64,000 nt of DNA, taken from a bacterium (GTDB lineage: Bacteria > Bdellovibrionota_C > UBA2361 > CALJRW01). Position numbers and translations under genes: made by a program. The notes below the pieces were generated by a model. It ran no database searches. It was not told where the DNA came from and saw only the letters and a list, made by a program, of their open reading frames with translations. Below, one piece after another: positions 9,818 through 19,853 of this stretch. Location of the stretch: assembly GCA_031385045.1 (NCBI GenBank), contig JANNBC010000010.1:1-64000 (forward strand). Reading direction: 5' to 3'. How positions within the stretch are numbered: position 1 is the stretch's first letter; every line of letters starts with the position of its first letter.

Positions 9818-10795
9818 ATGGCACTACTATCAGAACGAGACGAATTAATTTTATCCTATGCCCAACTTGACGCGCGATTAAGTTCAGAACAGCTTGCTCA
9901 TAAATTAAAGCTTCGCCCTCATACAATTCAGCGAGCTCTTAAATCACTGATTGAACGAAAAATAATTACTCCTTACGTTTTAATTAACCCTCATGCTTTA
10001 GGCCTAACCGATTACTGCATCTTTTTTAACCTAACAGGCCTCTCTGATAATTCTCGAAAAAAAATTATTACACTCTGCAAACAATCACCTTACGTTGCCT
10101 ACTTTGCAGAGCTAGCCGGAGAATATCAATATTCAGTTTCTATTTTTGCAAAAACTATTTTTACTGTTGAAAATTTCTTAGCAGAGCTTACTAAGGCACT
10201 ACCAAATAATGCGATTTCATCTACTTTGGCAATTAGGCTCTCTTGGCAACTATTTGCACATCAAACTTTTGGAAGTAAAAAACAAACAACAATTTTAAAA
10301 CGCGAGCAGACAACGGAAATTATAGAACTTGATTCTCTAGATCGGCAGTTTTTATATTATTATTCTAGGAATCCAAGTACTCCAATTCTAAAGATAGCCC
10401 ATCATCTTGGCGTAACCGAGGGTACGCTCCGTAATCGCTTTCAAAAGCTTCAAAACAATCAAGTTATTATTGGCCTTCCATTTCTAGTTAACTGGTCAGC
10501 AGTAGGTCGCCTAGCGTTACGAGTACTCTTAGTTAATCGAAACATGGAAGCAAGGGTACCCGAAGAGCTAATGAAATTTGTAAAACAGGAAAGCTGTGTA
10601 ACTGAAGTTGTTAAATGTCTAGGCTCTTGGGATATGGAAATAAACTTTGCCGTCAAAAGCCCAGTAGAGGCTAGTGTGTTTATCCAAAACTTAAGTAGTA
10701 ATTTTAACAATTCGATCTACTCTCTTAAATCTGCAACAGAACTTGCCGTCCATACTGTTCATCAGTTTCCTGAATATCTTTTAAAAGTAAATTGA
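9818..10795 (+). CDS. Lrp/AsnC-family regulator with two tandem HTH+RAM units
   Basis: Two repeats of LDxxD..L..HTH followed by ACT-like domain (LAGEYQY; CLGSWDMEI). Confidence 0.85.
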   Translation: MALLSERDELILSYAQLDARLSSEQLAHKLKLRPHTIQRALKSLIERKIITPYVLINPHALGLTDYCIFFNLTGLSDNSRKKIITLCKQSPYVAYFAELAGEYQYSVSIFAKTIFTVENFLAELTKALPNNAISSTLAIRLSWQLFAHQTFGSKKQTTILKREQTTEIIELDSLDRQFLYYYSRNPSTPILKIAHHLGVTEGTLRNRFQKLQNNQVIIGLPFLVNWSAVGRLALRVLLVNRNMEARVPEELMKFVKQESCVTEVVKCLGSWDMEINFAVKSPVEASVFIQNLSSNFNNSIYSLKSATELAVHTVHQFPEYLLKVN

Positions 10796-10907
10796 AAAGA
10801 TTGTGTTACAATAAATAGTTTTCTAACTTACCCCCCTGAATTATTAAGCATATAAGTCTAGTTTCTTGATATGAAAAATCCTGAAAATTGCATATCTCCA
10901 AATATAA

Positions 10908-12023
10908 TTAAAATTTACTATAGGCTTTTTGCATTAAGCGATCTAGTTCCTTTTTGGTATCTAGATCTAAATGCGTTCCACCACTTCCAGTGAACCCATT
11001 AGTAACTAGTTCTTTTAATAACTGAAATGATTTTTGTGCTTCTGGTGTTCCTGGGAAATTATTAATACATAATTTCAAATATATCTCGGGCAACTCATAG
11101 ACAAAAAACATGGGGGTTCGAGCGTAGATTAATCCCAAATAGTATAAAATTTCAGGTTGATGCTCCAGCCCACTCTGACTATGTTCATAGATTTTATGAA
11201 AGCCTGCTGCCGCACGTAAGGTTTTAATCAAATTAATTTTTTCATAGGCCGGCTCATTTGAATTAAGCAAGTTTGAAATTAATTTTTTGTTAACTTGGAA
11301 ATCATCAGAGATTTCTCCTCCAGACTCTTGCCAAGCTACTAATGAATCCTGCCAAGACTTCAAGTCCTCTAATTCGTAACGAGATATTTCTGGCTTACTT
11401 TTAAGGAATAGTTTTAATTTCTCGATACCTAAATCTGGGGTTTGAAGGATACGCACAATTAAATCGATCCATCTATTTAAGGCGTAATTGAAGCCATTCT
11501 TTTGGTAGTCTCCTGCTTTTATGAATTCCCAATAGTATTTTTCAGCTTGTTGATACTGCCTACTAGATAAAAGAAATTCAGCTTTTTCAAAGTTATCAAA
11601 CCCAGCAGGAATATCGCTGTCCTGAAACGATATTTCAACACTAAAATTTGAGTGGCAAGTCTGGCAGTTAGTACTAATAGTTTTTACTCGCCAGATGGCC
11701 CAGTCGTCATTGGAACTAGGAGATTTTAAGTTTTTTTCTATCTCTAGCAGAGATTGATTCAGCAGTTCTAAATTATCCTTAAATCCTGGAAGCCGGGACT
11801 GGTTTGGATAATCTTTAAATTCGTGAAGCGAGCTCCTTAGGGACTTAACTAATTGAAATAACTTTTCACTTTCCAGATCGCTTAACTCAGAATGTTTATT
11901 ATGAATAATTTTTTGGATCTCTTTAAAATTATGATAACCATTTACCATTGGTCTTGGATCCTCTTCTGCCAAAATTGATTGAGTACTAAAAAGGATTATT
12001 AAAATTAATAAACAACGTGACAT
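10908..12023 (-). CDS. Exported monoheme c-type cytochrome with helical/TPR-like C-terminus
   Basis: Signal peptide, single CQTCH motif, TPR-like segments (ILYYLGLIY). Confidence 0.7.
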   Translation of the reverse strand: MSRCLLILIILFSTQSILAEEDPRPMVNGYHNFKEIQKIIHNKHSELSDLESEKLFQLVKSLRSSLHEFKDYPNQSRLPGFKDNLELLNQSLLEIEKNLKSPSSNDDWAIWRVKTISTNCQTCHSNFSVEISFQDSDIPAGFDNFEKAEFLLSSRQYQQAEKYYWEFIKAGDYQKNGFNYALNRWIDLIVRILQTPDLGIEKLKLFLKSKPEISRYELEDLKSWQDSLVAWQESGGEISDDFQVNKKLISNLLNSNEPAYEKINLIKTLRAAAGFHKIYEHSQSGLEHQPEILYYLGLIYARTPMFFVYELPEIYLKLCINNFPGTPEAQKSFQLLKELVTNGFTGSGGTHLDLDTKKELDRLMQKAYSKF

Positions 12024-12189
12024 ATGAAGTAAATTTATGAAAAATTTTAAATAGTTTTATAGGAACAAAGCACCTCAGAGCGTTTTATGAGCATGAACTT
12101 ATTTCAATGCTTAGCACTTCTAAAATCTTTGCCTAAGAATTGTTACTACTCAAAGGATCAATTGAGCAGTAATATTTGTTATCTTGATA

Positions 12190-12858
12190 CTAAAAAAAAT
12201 GTGGTTCAATAATAGATAAAAAGACATCGGCAATAATTCTATGTCCACCATCATTTGGGTGAAACCCATCGTCAGCTGTATATTGGCCCGCATTAATTTG
12301 AGAGAGATCGGCAATTGGCAGATTATAAATATTAGCAGTTCGAACAATCGCCTGATTAAACTGCGCAATTCTTAATGTTGTGACATCAGCGTCTGATCCA
12401 TCACTAAATCGATCTACTTTAGTTAGATCAGGAATAGTAGCAACTACAATAAAAGCATTAGTTTCTTCGCTTAGTTTCTTAATGATACTGACTAAATCTT
12501 CCTCAAAGCTAAATGCTGAGTCTCCATCAATTAAATCATTCGCTCCAGTAAATAAGGTAATCAGATCTGGGTTTTCTCGAATTGTTTCGGAAAGTGCTAA
12601 GTCTTTAATATTTCCTGCTTGAGCACCAGGTATTCCTAAATTTGTAAGATCAGTTGAGAGTCCTCGATCCTGTAAACGATCCTCAATTAAATAAACATAG
12701 CCATTAGTAAGCGGTAGGGCTCCAAATCCAACTGCATCACTGGCACCCAAGGCAACATATTTAATATCTGAGTTGGAATCAGAGCCACTACCACAAGCAG
12801 TGAGTAAAGTGAGCGATGCAAATAAAGTGATTAGTAATATAGATAGTGAATTTTTCAT
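12190..12858 (-). CDS. SGNH/GDSL hydrolase lipoprotein
   Basis: Lipobox LTAC, YVALGASDAVG, GAND, DGFHPN. Confidence 0.92.
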   Translation of the reverse strand: MKNSLSILLITLFASLTLLTACGSGSDSNSDIKYVALGASDAVGFGALPLTNGYVYLIEDRLQDRGLSTDLTNLGIPGAQAGNIKDLALSETIRENPDLITLFTGANDLIDGDSAFSFEEDLVSIIKKLSEETNAFIVVATIPDLTKVDRFSDGSDADVTTLRIAQFNQAIVRTANIYNLPIADLSQINAGQYTADDGFHPNDGGHRIIADVFLSIIEPHFF

Positions 12859-12960
12859 ATTATTTTAATTTCAATTAACATTTGTTTATTGATATCTTTA
12901 TATAGTATGAAATTACTTACGAGGTATGATGTAAATCATAGATGTTCATTACTTTGAAAC

Positions 12961-13464
12961 ATGGCTATAGCAAATTTTGATCAATTCCCAAGAAAAGCAA
13001 ACGATACAATAGCTTTGAGTCAATTAAAATCCCTGATGACTGCTCAACAAGCATTTATGGCAGACCACCCACGGGTTGCTTCGTAGATGGATGATTTTAG
13101 TAAACATAATAGCCTAGGCATCGGAGCAGTTGTAATAAAACATGGCTCGTTTGGACCTGGAATTCACACCTTTCCTTTTCAGGCCGGTCAATATTACTTT
13201 GCTGACTATACATTAGAACAACTTTTACCAGGCTATACAGACTTACCAGAAGTGGAATTTTCATCACACATCATTATTTATCCAGGTCAGACTGAAGTAA
13301 TCTTTGATGGCTCGGCTTCTCATTGCTATGGATCACGATTTGGCGAATATCCAGAGTTTATTGGTGGTTTTTCCTTTAGCTCTAACAATCCTGAAAACGA
13401 CAATAAAATTACTGCCGACGGTATCCAATCAGGATTTTCAGGCGATGGAAGTGATTGTCCATAA
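12961..13464 (+). pseudogene. Headless type IV pilin (no prepilin/hydrophobic N-terminus) with an in-frame TAG at 13084-13086
   Basis: MAIANFDQFPRKANDTIALSQLKSLMTAQQAFMADH aligns with the alpha1-C helix of the neighbouring pilins; in frame with ORF 13087-13464 (LPGY, ASHCYG, terminal Cys). Confidence 0.75.
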
Positions 13465-13619
13465 AGAATTTTTTATTGGAGACAGAATAAGCTTACTTGA
13501 GTTAGGAGATCAAGTCGTAACTACCACATTTCAAGTGAGTCCTGACGTATTGTAATTAAAGAACTGCTAGGCAATAATTAAAAATAAAAGATTATAATAA
13601 TTTTATTCATTTAAATTTG

Positions 13620-14144
13620 ATGTCAATACGCCATGTTCGTGTCCACCGGAAATATGGATTTACGCTAGTTGAACTTTTAGTCACTGTCGCGATTATTGGA
13701 ATCCTTGCCTCGATGGCGACTTCAATTTTCAGTCAATATCGCCGCCGTGCAAATGATTCTGTAGCAGTGAACGATCTTCACAATGGAATTGTTGCCTACC
13801 AAGCAAGTAAAGTTGATAACATTGAACTAAGCCAAATTGGAGTGGGTAGCTGTATTATGACTGCAAAAAGTACAGTTTTAACAAATATTTCTAATGCCTG
13901 TTCTAAATTACCGGGATTTCAAAAAAGCGATGGCGTTTGGTTCACACTTAATGCTGTCACTGGACAGATGTTTACTCAACACTGCAAGGGAACCAGAACC
14001 ACTGATTTTGGTGGAGCTGCCCCAGCCTATTGCACAACATTTTACAGTGGATTAAATGGAGGTGGCTCTATCAATCATTTAACCGCAACTCAATTCTTTG
14101 GATCCACTGTAGTTACTGCCGACACCCAATGTAATGGCCCATAA
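13620..14144 (+). CDS. Type IV pilin-like protein
   Basis: RKYG|FTLVELLVTVAIIGILASMA prepilin motif; several Cys in the globular domain. Confidence 0.92.
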   Translation: MSIRHVRVHRKYGFTLVELLVTVAIIGILASMATSIFSQYRRRANDSVAVNDLHNGIVAYQASKVDNIELSQIGVGSCIMTAKSTVLTNISNACSKLPGFQKSDGVWFTLNAVTGQMFTQHCKGTRTTDFGGAAPAYCTTFYSGLNGGGSINHLTATQFFGSTVVTADTQCNGP

Positions 14145-14332
14145 GTTTTGCAATGCAATTTGAAGCAAGGCTACTTTTGCTCAATATTTAACTAAAAAGT
14201 TAATAAGTTATTATTAATTTTTAATAAAATTATTTGAAAAATATCATAAAATTCATCTAACTTATCCCTAAAAACAATATAGTTACCTGCCACCAAGGGG
14301 ACCAAAAGGAAGGAAAAATCAAAGGGAAACTA

Positions 14333-14854
14333 TTAAGTGACTGGCGTTGGGCACATTCTGGGGCTGAATGTTAAATAGGATGTAGTTTCCCCTAAATTTG
14401 AGTCAAATCGATGTACTAATTTAGTTCTAGGTCTTGCCCTACCGCTACTAGCAGTTTCATATGAAGTCCCATCTTTATGATAGGCATTAATCTCATATCC
14501 ATTTCCATCGACAGAACAAAGCTGTAAAATTACATCTTTTTCATGCACATATCCTGGTAAGCCCTGTGCCTGAGGTACATGATTAACCTGAAAATGGGTA
14601 GATTCATCCGCATTGTACTGAAAGATCATTGGCAATTTTAAATTATCTAAATCGCTTAAAACTACTTCCACTGACTGTTTGGCCATCAATAATTGATTCA
14701 ATGCAATAAGATCATTTACCCTGGTTCGATACTGTTCATAATTTTTAACTGCTAATCCAGCAAGAATTCCGACAATTGCTACAGTAACCACAAGTTCAAC
14801 TAATGTGAATCCTTGGAAGTTTTTTTTATAACAACTAATACAACCTAAGTTCAT
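14333..14854 (-). CDS. Type IV pilin-like protein
   Basis: NFQG|FTLVELVVTVAIVGILAGLA prepilin motif. Confidence 0.92.
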   Translation of the reverse strand: MNLGCISCYKKNFQGFTLVELVVTVAIVGILAGLAVKNYEQYRTRVNDLIALNQLLMAKQSVEVVLSDLDNLKLPMIFQYNADESTHFQVNHVPQAQGLPGYVHEKDVILQLCSVDGNGYEINAYHKDGTSYETASSGRARPRTKLVHRFDSNLGETTSYLTFSPRMCPTPVT

Positions 14855-15006
14855 TTATAATCCTGAGATACTATCAATGTCACGCAATCAGCTGTAAAAT
14901 CATAAATGACGATTAATAGCGTTATTCAAATTGTAACCTTTGTTCGCCAACGATTCAATGGTTTTTGTTTGGACTAGATAGTTAGGCAATTTGGAGGCAA
15001 GTAAAT

Positions 15007-15433
15007 AGCCATTTACTTAAGAGTCTGGGAGCCAGGCACACAGCCATTGACTTAAGGCTGTAAGTTATTGAAATAAGTAAGATTGTATCTATCTACTTTT
15101 TGAGTAGCGTCCTAAATTAGTCATAGTTTTACTAAACTATGCTATCAATGATCAAAAAAAATATTATTATCCTTTCGTCGTCGACTTTCTAGTAAACATT
15201 TCCTGCTAAGGCATATATACTCAGAACAATATTTTACTCGCAACCGTAAATTGAATTTCCAGAAAGTAATATTAACAGTATTTCGTAAGAGTGCTAAGTC
15301 GTTACAAATAGTTCTAAATGAACTGACTGAATTAATACCCATAGTTGGTGGAGTTACGGCAGGTGCATACTCCAGAGCTAGACATAAATTTCGACACACT
15401 GCGTTTATTGAGCTGTCTAAAGATTGTATTTAA
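15007..15433 (+). mobile_element. Truncated IS4-family element (left end plus 5' part of transposase)
   Basis: FTRNRKLNF...VTAGAYSRARHKFRHTAFIEL resembles IS4 transposase N-termini; end-like motif AGCCATT(T/G)ACTTAAG at 15007 and 15042; no DDE domain. Confidence 0.78.
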
Positions 15434-15502
15434 CACGCCAACCAAAGTGACAGTAACTAGTGTCTCAACTAATGTGAAACCATTTTGAACCTTAAATCTC
15501 AT
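15431..15502 (-). pseudogene. N-terminal fragment of a type IV pilin, broken at the IS4 remnant
   Basis: MRFKVQNG|FTLVETLVTVTLVGVL, then runs into IS antisense and stops at 15332; shares TCAACTAATGTGAA with the 14333-14854 pilin gene. Confidence 0.85.
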
Positions 15503-15824
15503 ACTTGAACCATTATTTAATAATTTTACTTGTTTAGTAAAAAATATTCAATCATCTAAAAATTTTTATTAAAAGCAAGTCAGATTGGGGTTTAAATCAA
15601 CGGCTCTAAGCATTGCTGAAATCTTTGTCTTAAAACAATTTAAGTCACTTAAGAATATAGCAAGTCTTAACTTCTAGTTCGTAAAGAGAGAGTGCGGATT
15701 TCTAATTACCTTGATCGTAACAAAATGATCATTCTAGAAATGCGGTGTTAGTATTGTATAAATAGTAAGTTTTCTAATATATTCAACAATTTACTGGCGA
15801 TTAGTCCATAGATTCTAAACTTAT

Positions 15825-17024
15825 ATGATAAAAAATTTACTGTTAATTATTAGCTGTTTAAGCTCTGTAATTGGACTTAAAGTTATTGCCGAAGTGCCTA
15901 ATTTAACTAAGGCAAATACAAAATTTGCGTTAAGTTTATATCAGGATCTTAAGTCCCAGCCTGGAAATTTATTCTTATCTCCATATAGCATTTCCACCGC
16001 ACTAGCCATGACCTATGCTGGAGCGCGCGGTGAGACGGCCAAAGAAATGGCTGAGGTATTAAATTTTCCTCTAGAACAAAGTGCCTTGCATCTCGCCTTT
16101 GCCGAACTCCAAGCGAGCTTAGATGCGATCGAAAAAAAAGGACAAGTTAAATTAAGCATTGCCAACTCCCTTTGGCCACAAATTAAATATCCAATTCTTC
16201 CAGAGTATTTATCTCTGATTAAAGATAATTATGGAGTTACTGTTAAGGGTTTAGATTACCAAAATAAAACAGAAGCTTCCCGTTTAGAGATTAATCAGTG
16301 GGTTGAAGCTAAGACTGAAAATAAAATTAAAGATCTAATTCCCAAGGATTTAGATCCTATGACCAGATTGATTTTAGTAAATGCAATTTATTTTAAAGGT
16401 AATTGGCTAATGCCCTTTAACCCAGAGGTTACTCATAGTGGAGACTTTTTTATAGAACCGCAAAAGTTGGTGCAGGTTCCACTGATGCACCTCGAGGATC
16501 AATTTGCATATGCCGAGTTTAGTGATTTGCAGATCTTGGAAATGGTATACAAGGGAGAGGACTTATCGCTGCTAGTATTATTGCCAAAGGATACAGCTGG
16601 AATTACTAAATTAGAATCACAGTTAACAATTGAGAATCTAGCAAATTGGCAAGCGAAGCTTAAGCGACAAGATGTTCAAGTTGTGTTCCCCAAACTTAAG
16701 ATAGAAGCAAGTTTTAATTTAAGTAAAACCTTAGTCGACTTGGGTATGCCTAGGGCATTTTCTGGAAAAGCAGAATTTGAAGGCATTGATGGGCAAGTAA
16801 ATTCATTATCGATTTCTAAGGTTTTGCATCAGGCTTTTATTGAGATAAATGAAACTGGAACAGAGGCCGCTGCTGCTACGGCAGTTATGATGGCAGAAGG
16901 AGCTGCAATGCTTGCTCCAAATCCAATTCCTGTCTTTCGCGCGGATCACCCCTTTGTTTTTGCAATTAAGGAAAAATCTTCTGGTGCAATTATTTTCCTA
17001 GGAAGAGTGAATAATCCCACTTAA
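15825..17024 (+). CDS. Secreted serpin
   Basis: NLFLSPYSI, LVNAIYFKGNW, hinge EINETGTEAAAATA, FRADHPF; signal peptide. Confidence 0.95.
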   Translation: MIKNLLLIISCLSSVIGLKVIAEVPNLTKANTKFALSLYQDLKSQPGNLFLSPYSISTALAMTYAGARGETAKEMAEVLNFPLEQSALHLAFAELQASLDAIEKKGQVKLSIANSLWPQIKYPILPEYLSLIKDNYGVTVKGLDYQNKTEASRLEINQWVEAKTENKIKDLIPKDLDPMTRLILVNAIYFKGNWLMPFNPEVTHSGDFFIEPQKLVQVPLMHLEDQFAYAEFSDLQILEMVYKGEDLSLLVLLPKDTAGITKLESQLTIENLANWQAKLKRQDVQVVFPKLKIEASFNLSKTLVDLGMPRAFSGKAEFEGIDGQVNSLSISKVLHQAFIEINETGTEAAAATAVMMAEGAAMLAPNPIPVFRADHPFVFAIKEKSSGAIIFLGRVNNPT

Positions 17025-17119
17025 GTTTGGACAGTTAGGGATAAATATTTTAGAATAAGAACTCCTACCTATCTGAAAATAACAATAATCAGACTGTCTT
17101 ATTTTTAGAAGAAATTTCC

Positions 17120-17725
17120 ATGTTAGCAAATCTTGAAGAACTTAGTACTAGTTTAAAACAAATCAACCTGAAGGAGACTTTTCCGCAATCTTTTCGTTTA
17201 ATCCTACGCAAAATTTTTCTCTGGTACATGATTTATCTGGCATTTACGATTAGGATTCTTCTTCGAATTCCAGCGGTTGGTCCAGAGTCTGCTGGTTATA
17301 GTTTTAATAACTTTACTTATCTATTGTGTATTGGAGTAATTGTTGTTGGCGGAATCATTTGTTTACTTAAATTAATTTACGAAATTGTCTATCGAAGCTC
17401 TTACCATTATTCAATTGAAGATTCTAATTTAGTAATTACGGAAGGAGTCTTTCTGAAGCAACGTGGCTTATTTCCAATTACATCAATTCGCGATGTTTAT
17501 TTAGATCGTAAATTTTTAGATTTAATTTTTGGATTATATAATCTGCACGTTTCTAATGCCAATATAGAATCGCATACCTATGGAGATGTTAAAGGACTAT
17601 CTCCTGAAGCTGCGGTTGGTTTTCAGGATTATCTGAAAAAACTTACTGTTGTTGTTAATCCAGAAAATAAAAAAGTAGAACAGATCGATCCGGAAGAGTT
17701 TAAGATTTCCGAAGACAAGAATTAG
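17120..17725 (+). CDS. Membrane protein with bacterial PH domain (YdbS-like)
   Basis: Two TM helices, then YSIE...ITEGVF...I.DV...LDLIFGL. Confidence 0.75.
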   Translation: MLANLEELSTSLKQINLKETFPQSFRLILRKIFLWYMIYLAFTIRILLRIPAVGPESAGYSFNNFTYLLCIGVIVVGGIICLLKLIYEIVYRSSYHYSIEDSNLVITEGVFLKQRGLFPITSIRDVYLDRKFLDLIFGLYNLHVSNANIESHTYGDVKGLSPEAAVGFQDYLKKLTVVVNPENKKVEQIDPEEFKISEDKN

Positions 17726-17729
17726 TTAA

Positions 17730-19148
17730 TCAGCACTCTGTAATATTAACAGAAATAATTGCGAGTCCTCCTTCGGAAGTTTCCTTGTAGCGAGAATGCA
17801 TATCTTTAGCAGTCTCCCACATCGTATGAACAACATCATCTAAACTAATTTTAGCTGAGAGCGGATCGCTTTCGAGAGCAATATTGCTAGCAGTAATTGC
17901 CTTAATTGCTCCCATTGAATTTCTTTCAATACAGGGAATTTGCACTAAGCCAGCTACTGGATCACAAGTTAATCCTAAGTGATGTTCCATGGCAATTTCG
18001 GCAGCCATTAAAACTTGTCCTGGACTGCCTCCCAGACATTCTGTGAGTGCAGCTGCCGCCATGGAGGATGATACGCCGATCTCCGCTTGGCATCCGCCCA
18101 TGGCAGCACTAATCGTCGCATTCTTTTTGAAAATTGTGGCAATTAGCCCTGCCGTTAATAGAAAGCGAGTCACATGTTCTTCTGAAAAATCTGGAGTGAA
18201 GCAGAAGGCGTATAATAATACAGCAGGAATCACCCCAGCTGCTCCATTGGTTGGTGCGGTGACTACTCGACCAAAGGAGGCATTCTCTTCGTTGACTGCT
18301 AGGGCAAAACAGCTAACCCATTTATTAATAGTATTAAAGCTTGTATCTCCAGATTTAATTGCATTTAACCATTCTTCTTGATTGGAATAAGTTTTGCCTT
18401 GTAAAAGTTTTTTATTTAAATCGAAGGCCCGTCGTTTAACATTTAATCCTCCAGGAAGTACTCCTGTTTGATGGACTCCTCGGTAGACACAGGCTTGGAT
18501 TTCTTTCCAGATTAATTTAGCTTGCGTTTGAGTCTCTACCTTTGTTCTCCAAGATTCTTCATTTAAGTAAATTAGATCAGAGATACTAATACCTAGTTTT
18601 TCGCAGTGCTTTAAAATATGGGCTCCGCAATGACAAGGGTAGGGGGTGAGCACGCAGGAGTTAGTTAGTGTGTTGCTATCTTCCGTGGCAACAAAACCAC
18701 CGCCTAGTGAGTAGTACTTTTCTTCAATTACAGTGCCATCTTTTAGTAGAGCTTTAAAACTCATACCATTTGCATGATATGGAAGAGTAATATCCTTCTC
18801 AAATACTAAATGTCGATCGTAGTAAAAAGTAATTTCTCTATTTGCTTGCAATAAGATCTTATTGGAGCTTTTTATCTTCTTAATTTTTTGAGGAATTGTT
18901 GCCGGATCAATTGTTTGATAATTTTCTCCACTTAAGCCTAGAAGAATTGCTTGATCTGTTCCATGGCCATGTCCTGTTTTAGCTAGTGAGCCATAGCAGT
19001 AGACATAAATCTCTTGAATTTCAGAAAAATAATTTTGATTATTTAGGCTTTGCAAGAATAGACCAGAAGCAATCCAAGGTCCCATGGTATGGGAGCTGGA
19101 GGGTCCAATGCCGATTTTGATCATTTCAAAGATACTGATTGATTCCAT
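17730..19148 (-). CDS. sdaA: L-serine ammonia-lyase (Fe-S dependent, fused)
   Basis: [41 protein letters not shown]. Confidence 0.96.
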   Translation of the reverse strand: MESISIFEMIKIGIGPSSSHTMGPWIASGLFLQSLNNQNYFSEIQEIYVYCYGSLAKTGHGHGTDQAILLGLSGENYQTIDPATIPQKIKKIKSSNKILLQANREITFYYDRHLVFEKDITLPYHANGMSFKALLKDGTVIEEKYYSLGGGFVATEDSNTLTNSCVLTPYPCHCGAHILKHCEKLGISISDLIYLNEESWRTKVETQTQAKLIWKEIQACVYRGVHQTGVLPGGLNVKRRAFDLNKKLLQGKTYSNQEEWLNAIKSGDTSFNTINKWVSCFALAVNEENASFGRVVTAPTNGAAGVIPAVLLYAFCFTPDFSEEHVTRFLLTAGLIATIFKKNATISAAMGGCQAEIGVSSSMAAAALTECLGGSPGQVLMAAEIAMEHHLGLTCDPVAGLVQIPCIERNSMGAIKAITASNIALESDPLSAKISLDDVVHTMWETAKDMHSRYKETSEGGLAIISVNITEC

Positions 19149-19222
19149 TGTTCGTATTACCCGCCTTTTACTAATTATAGTGGATATTGTAATAATATTG
19201 TAGGCCTAATTCTACATATCTT

Positions 19223-19843
19223 ATGATCAAATCCGAAAGCTCTGAAGTTCAAACTAAAAAGAAGGATCCATTTATTAAAACATTTGTGATTTTCATCGTA
19301 ATTGCACTAGCACTCAGAGCCTCTGTCGTGGAAGCTTATAAAATACCTTCGGGCTCGATGCTTCCAACTTTGCAAATTGGCGATCATATTTTAGTTACTA
19401 AGTTTAATTACGCCATTCGACCACCAATCCCTTTTGTTCGAGAATCGCTGTTTGTTTTTAGGCAACCAAAGCGGGGAGATATAGTTGTCTTTACTCGGGT
19501 TGATAATGAGGACACGGCTGAGGATGAATCTGATAAGAATATTATTAAACGTGTGATTGGGCTTCCTGGGGAAACCTTGGAAGTGCTTTCCGGGAAGGTC
19601 TTTATTAACGGCACAGAGTTAATTGAGCCTTATGCTGTTTGGACAGATGGGGGACTTGGTAATTTTGGTCCTTATAATGTTCCCGCTGATCATGTTTTAG
19701 TCCTAGGGGATAATCGTGATCAATCTAAGGATTCTCGTTTTTGGCATAACCCCTACCTCCCGATTAAGTTAATTAAAGGGCAGGCACAGATTGTTTATTT
19801 TAATATTAATAAACTAAATCGTATTGGAACAATTATTAAATAG
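19223..19843 (+). CDS. lepB: Signal peptidase I
   Basis: IPSGSMLPTL, IKRVIGLPGE, GDNRDQSKDSRFW. Confidence 0.95.
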   Translation: MIKSESSEVQTKKKDPFIKTFVIFIVIALALRASVVEAYKIPSGSMLPTLQIGDHILVTKFNYAIRPPIPFVRESLFVFRQPKRGDIVVFTRVDNEDTAEDESDKNIIKRVIGLPGETLEVLSGKVFINGTELIEPYAVWTDGGLGNFGPYNVPADHVLVLGDNRDQSKDSRFWHNPYLPIKLIKGQAQIVYFNINKLNRIGTIIK

Positions 19844-19853
19844 ATTTAAGTTA

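Noticed and set aside
9818..10795. Possible NirDL/AhbAB siroheme decarboxylase (double Lrp-like fold)
   Set aside because: No HCYxR-type motif and no heme d1 or Ahb genes nearby
14900..15004. Minus-strand LLASKLPNYLVQTKTIESLAN as the continuation of the broken pilin beyond the IS
   Set aside because: Only faint pilin resemblance and it stops after about 34 codons; the 12961 fragment fits better
15145..15399. 84-aa minus-strand ORF
   Set aside because: Antisense to the IS4 transposase fragment
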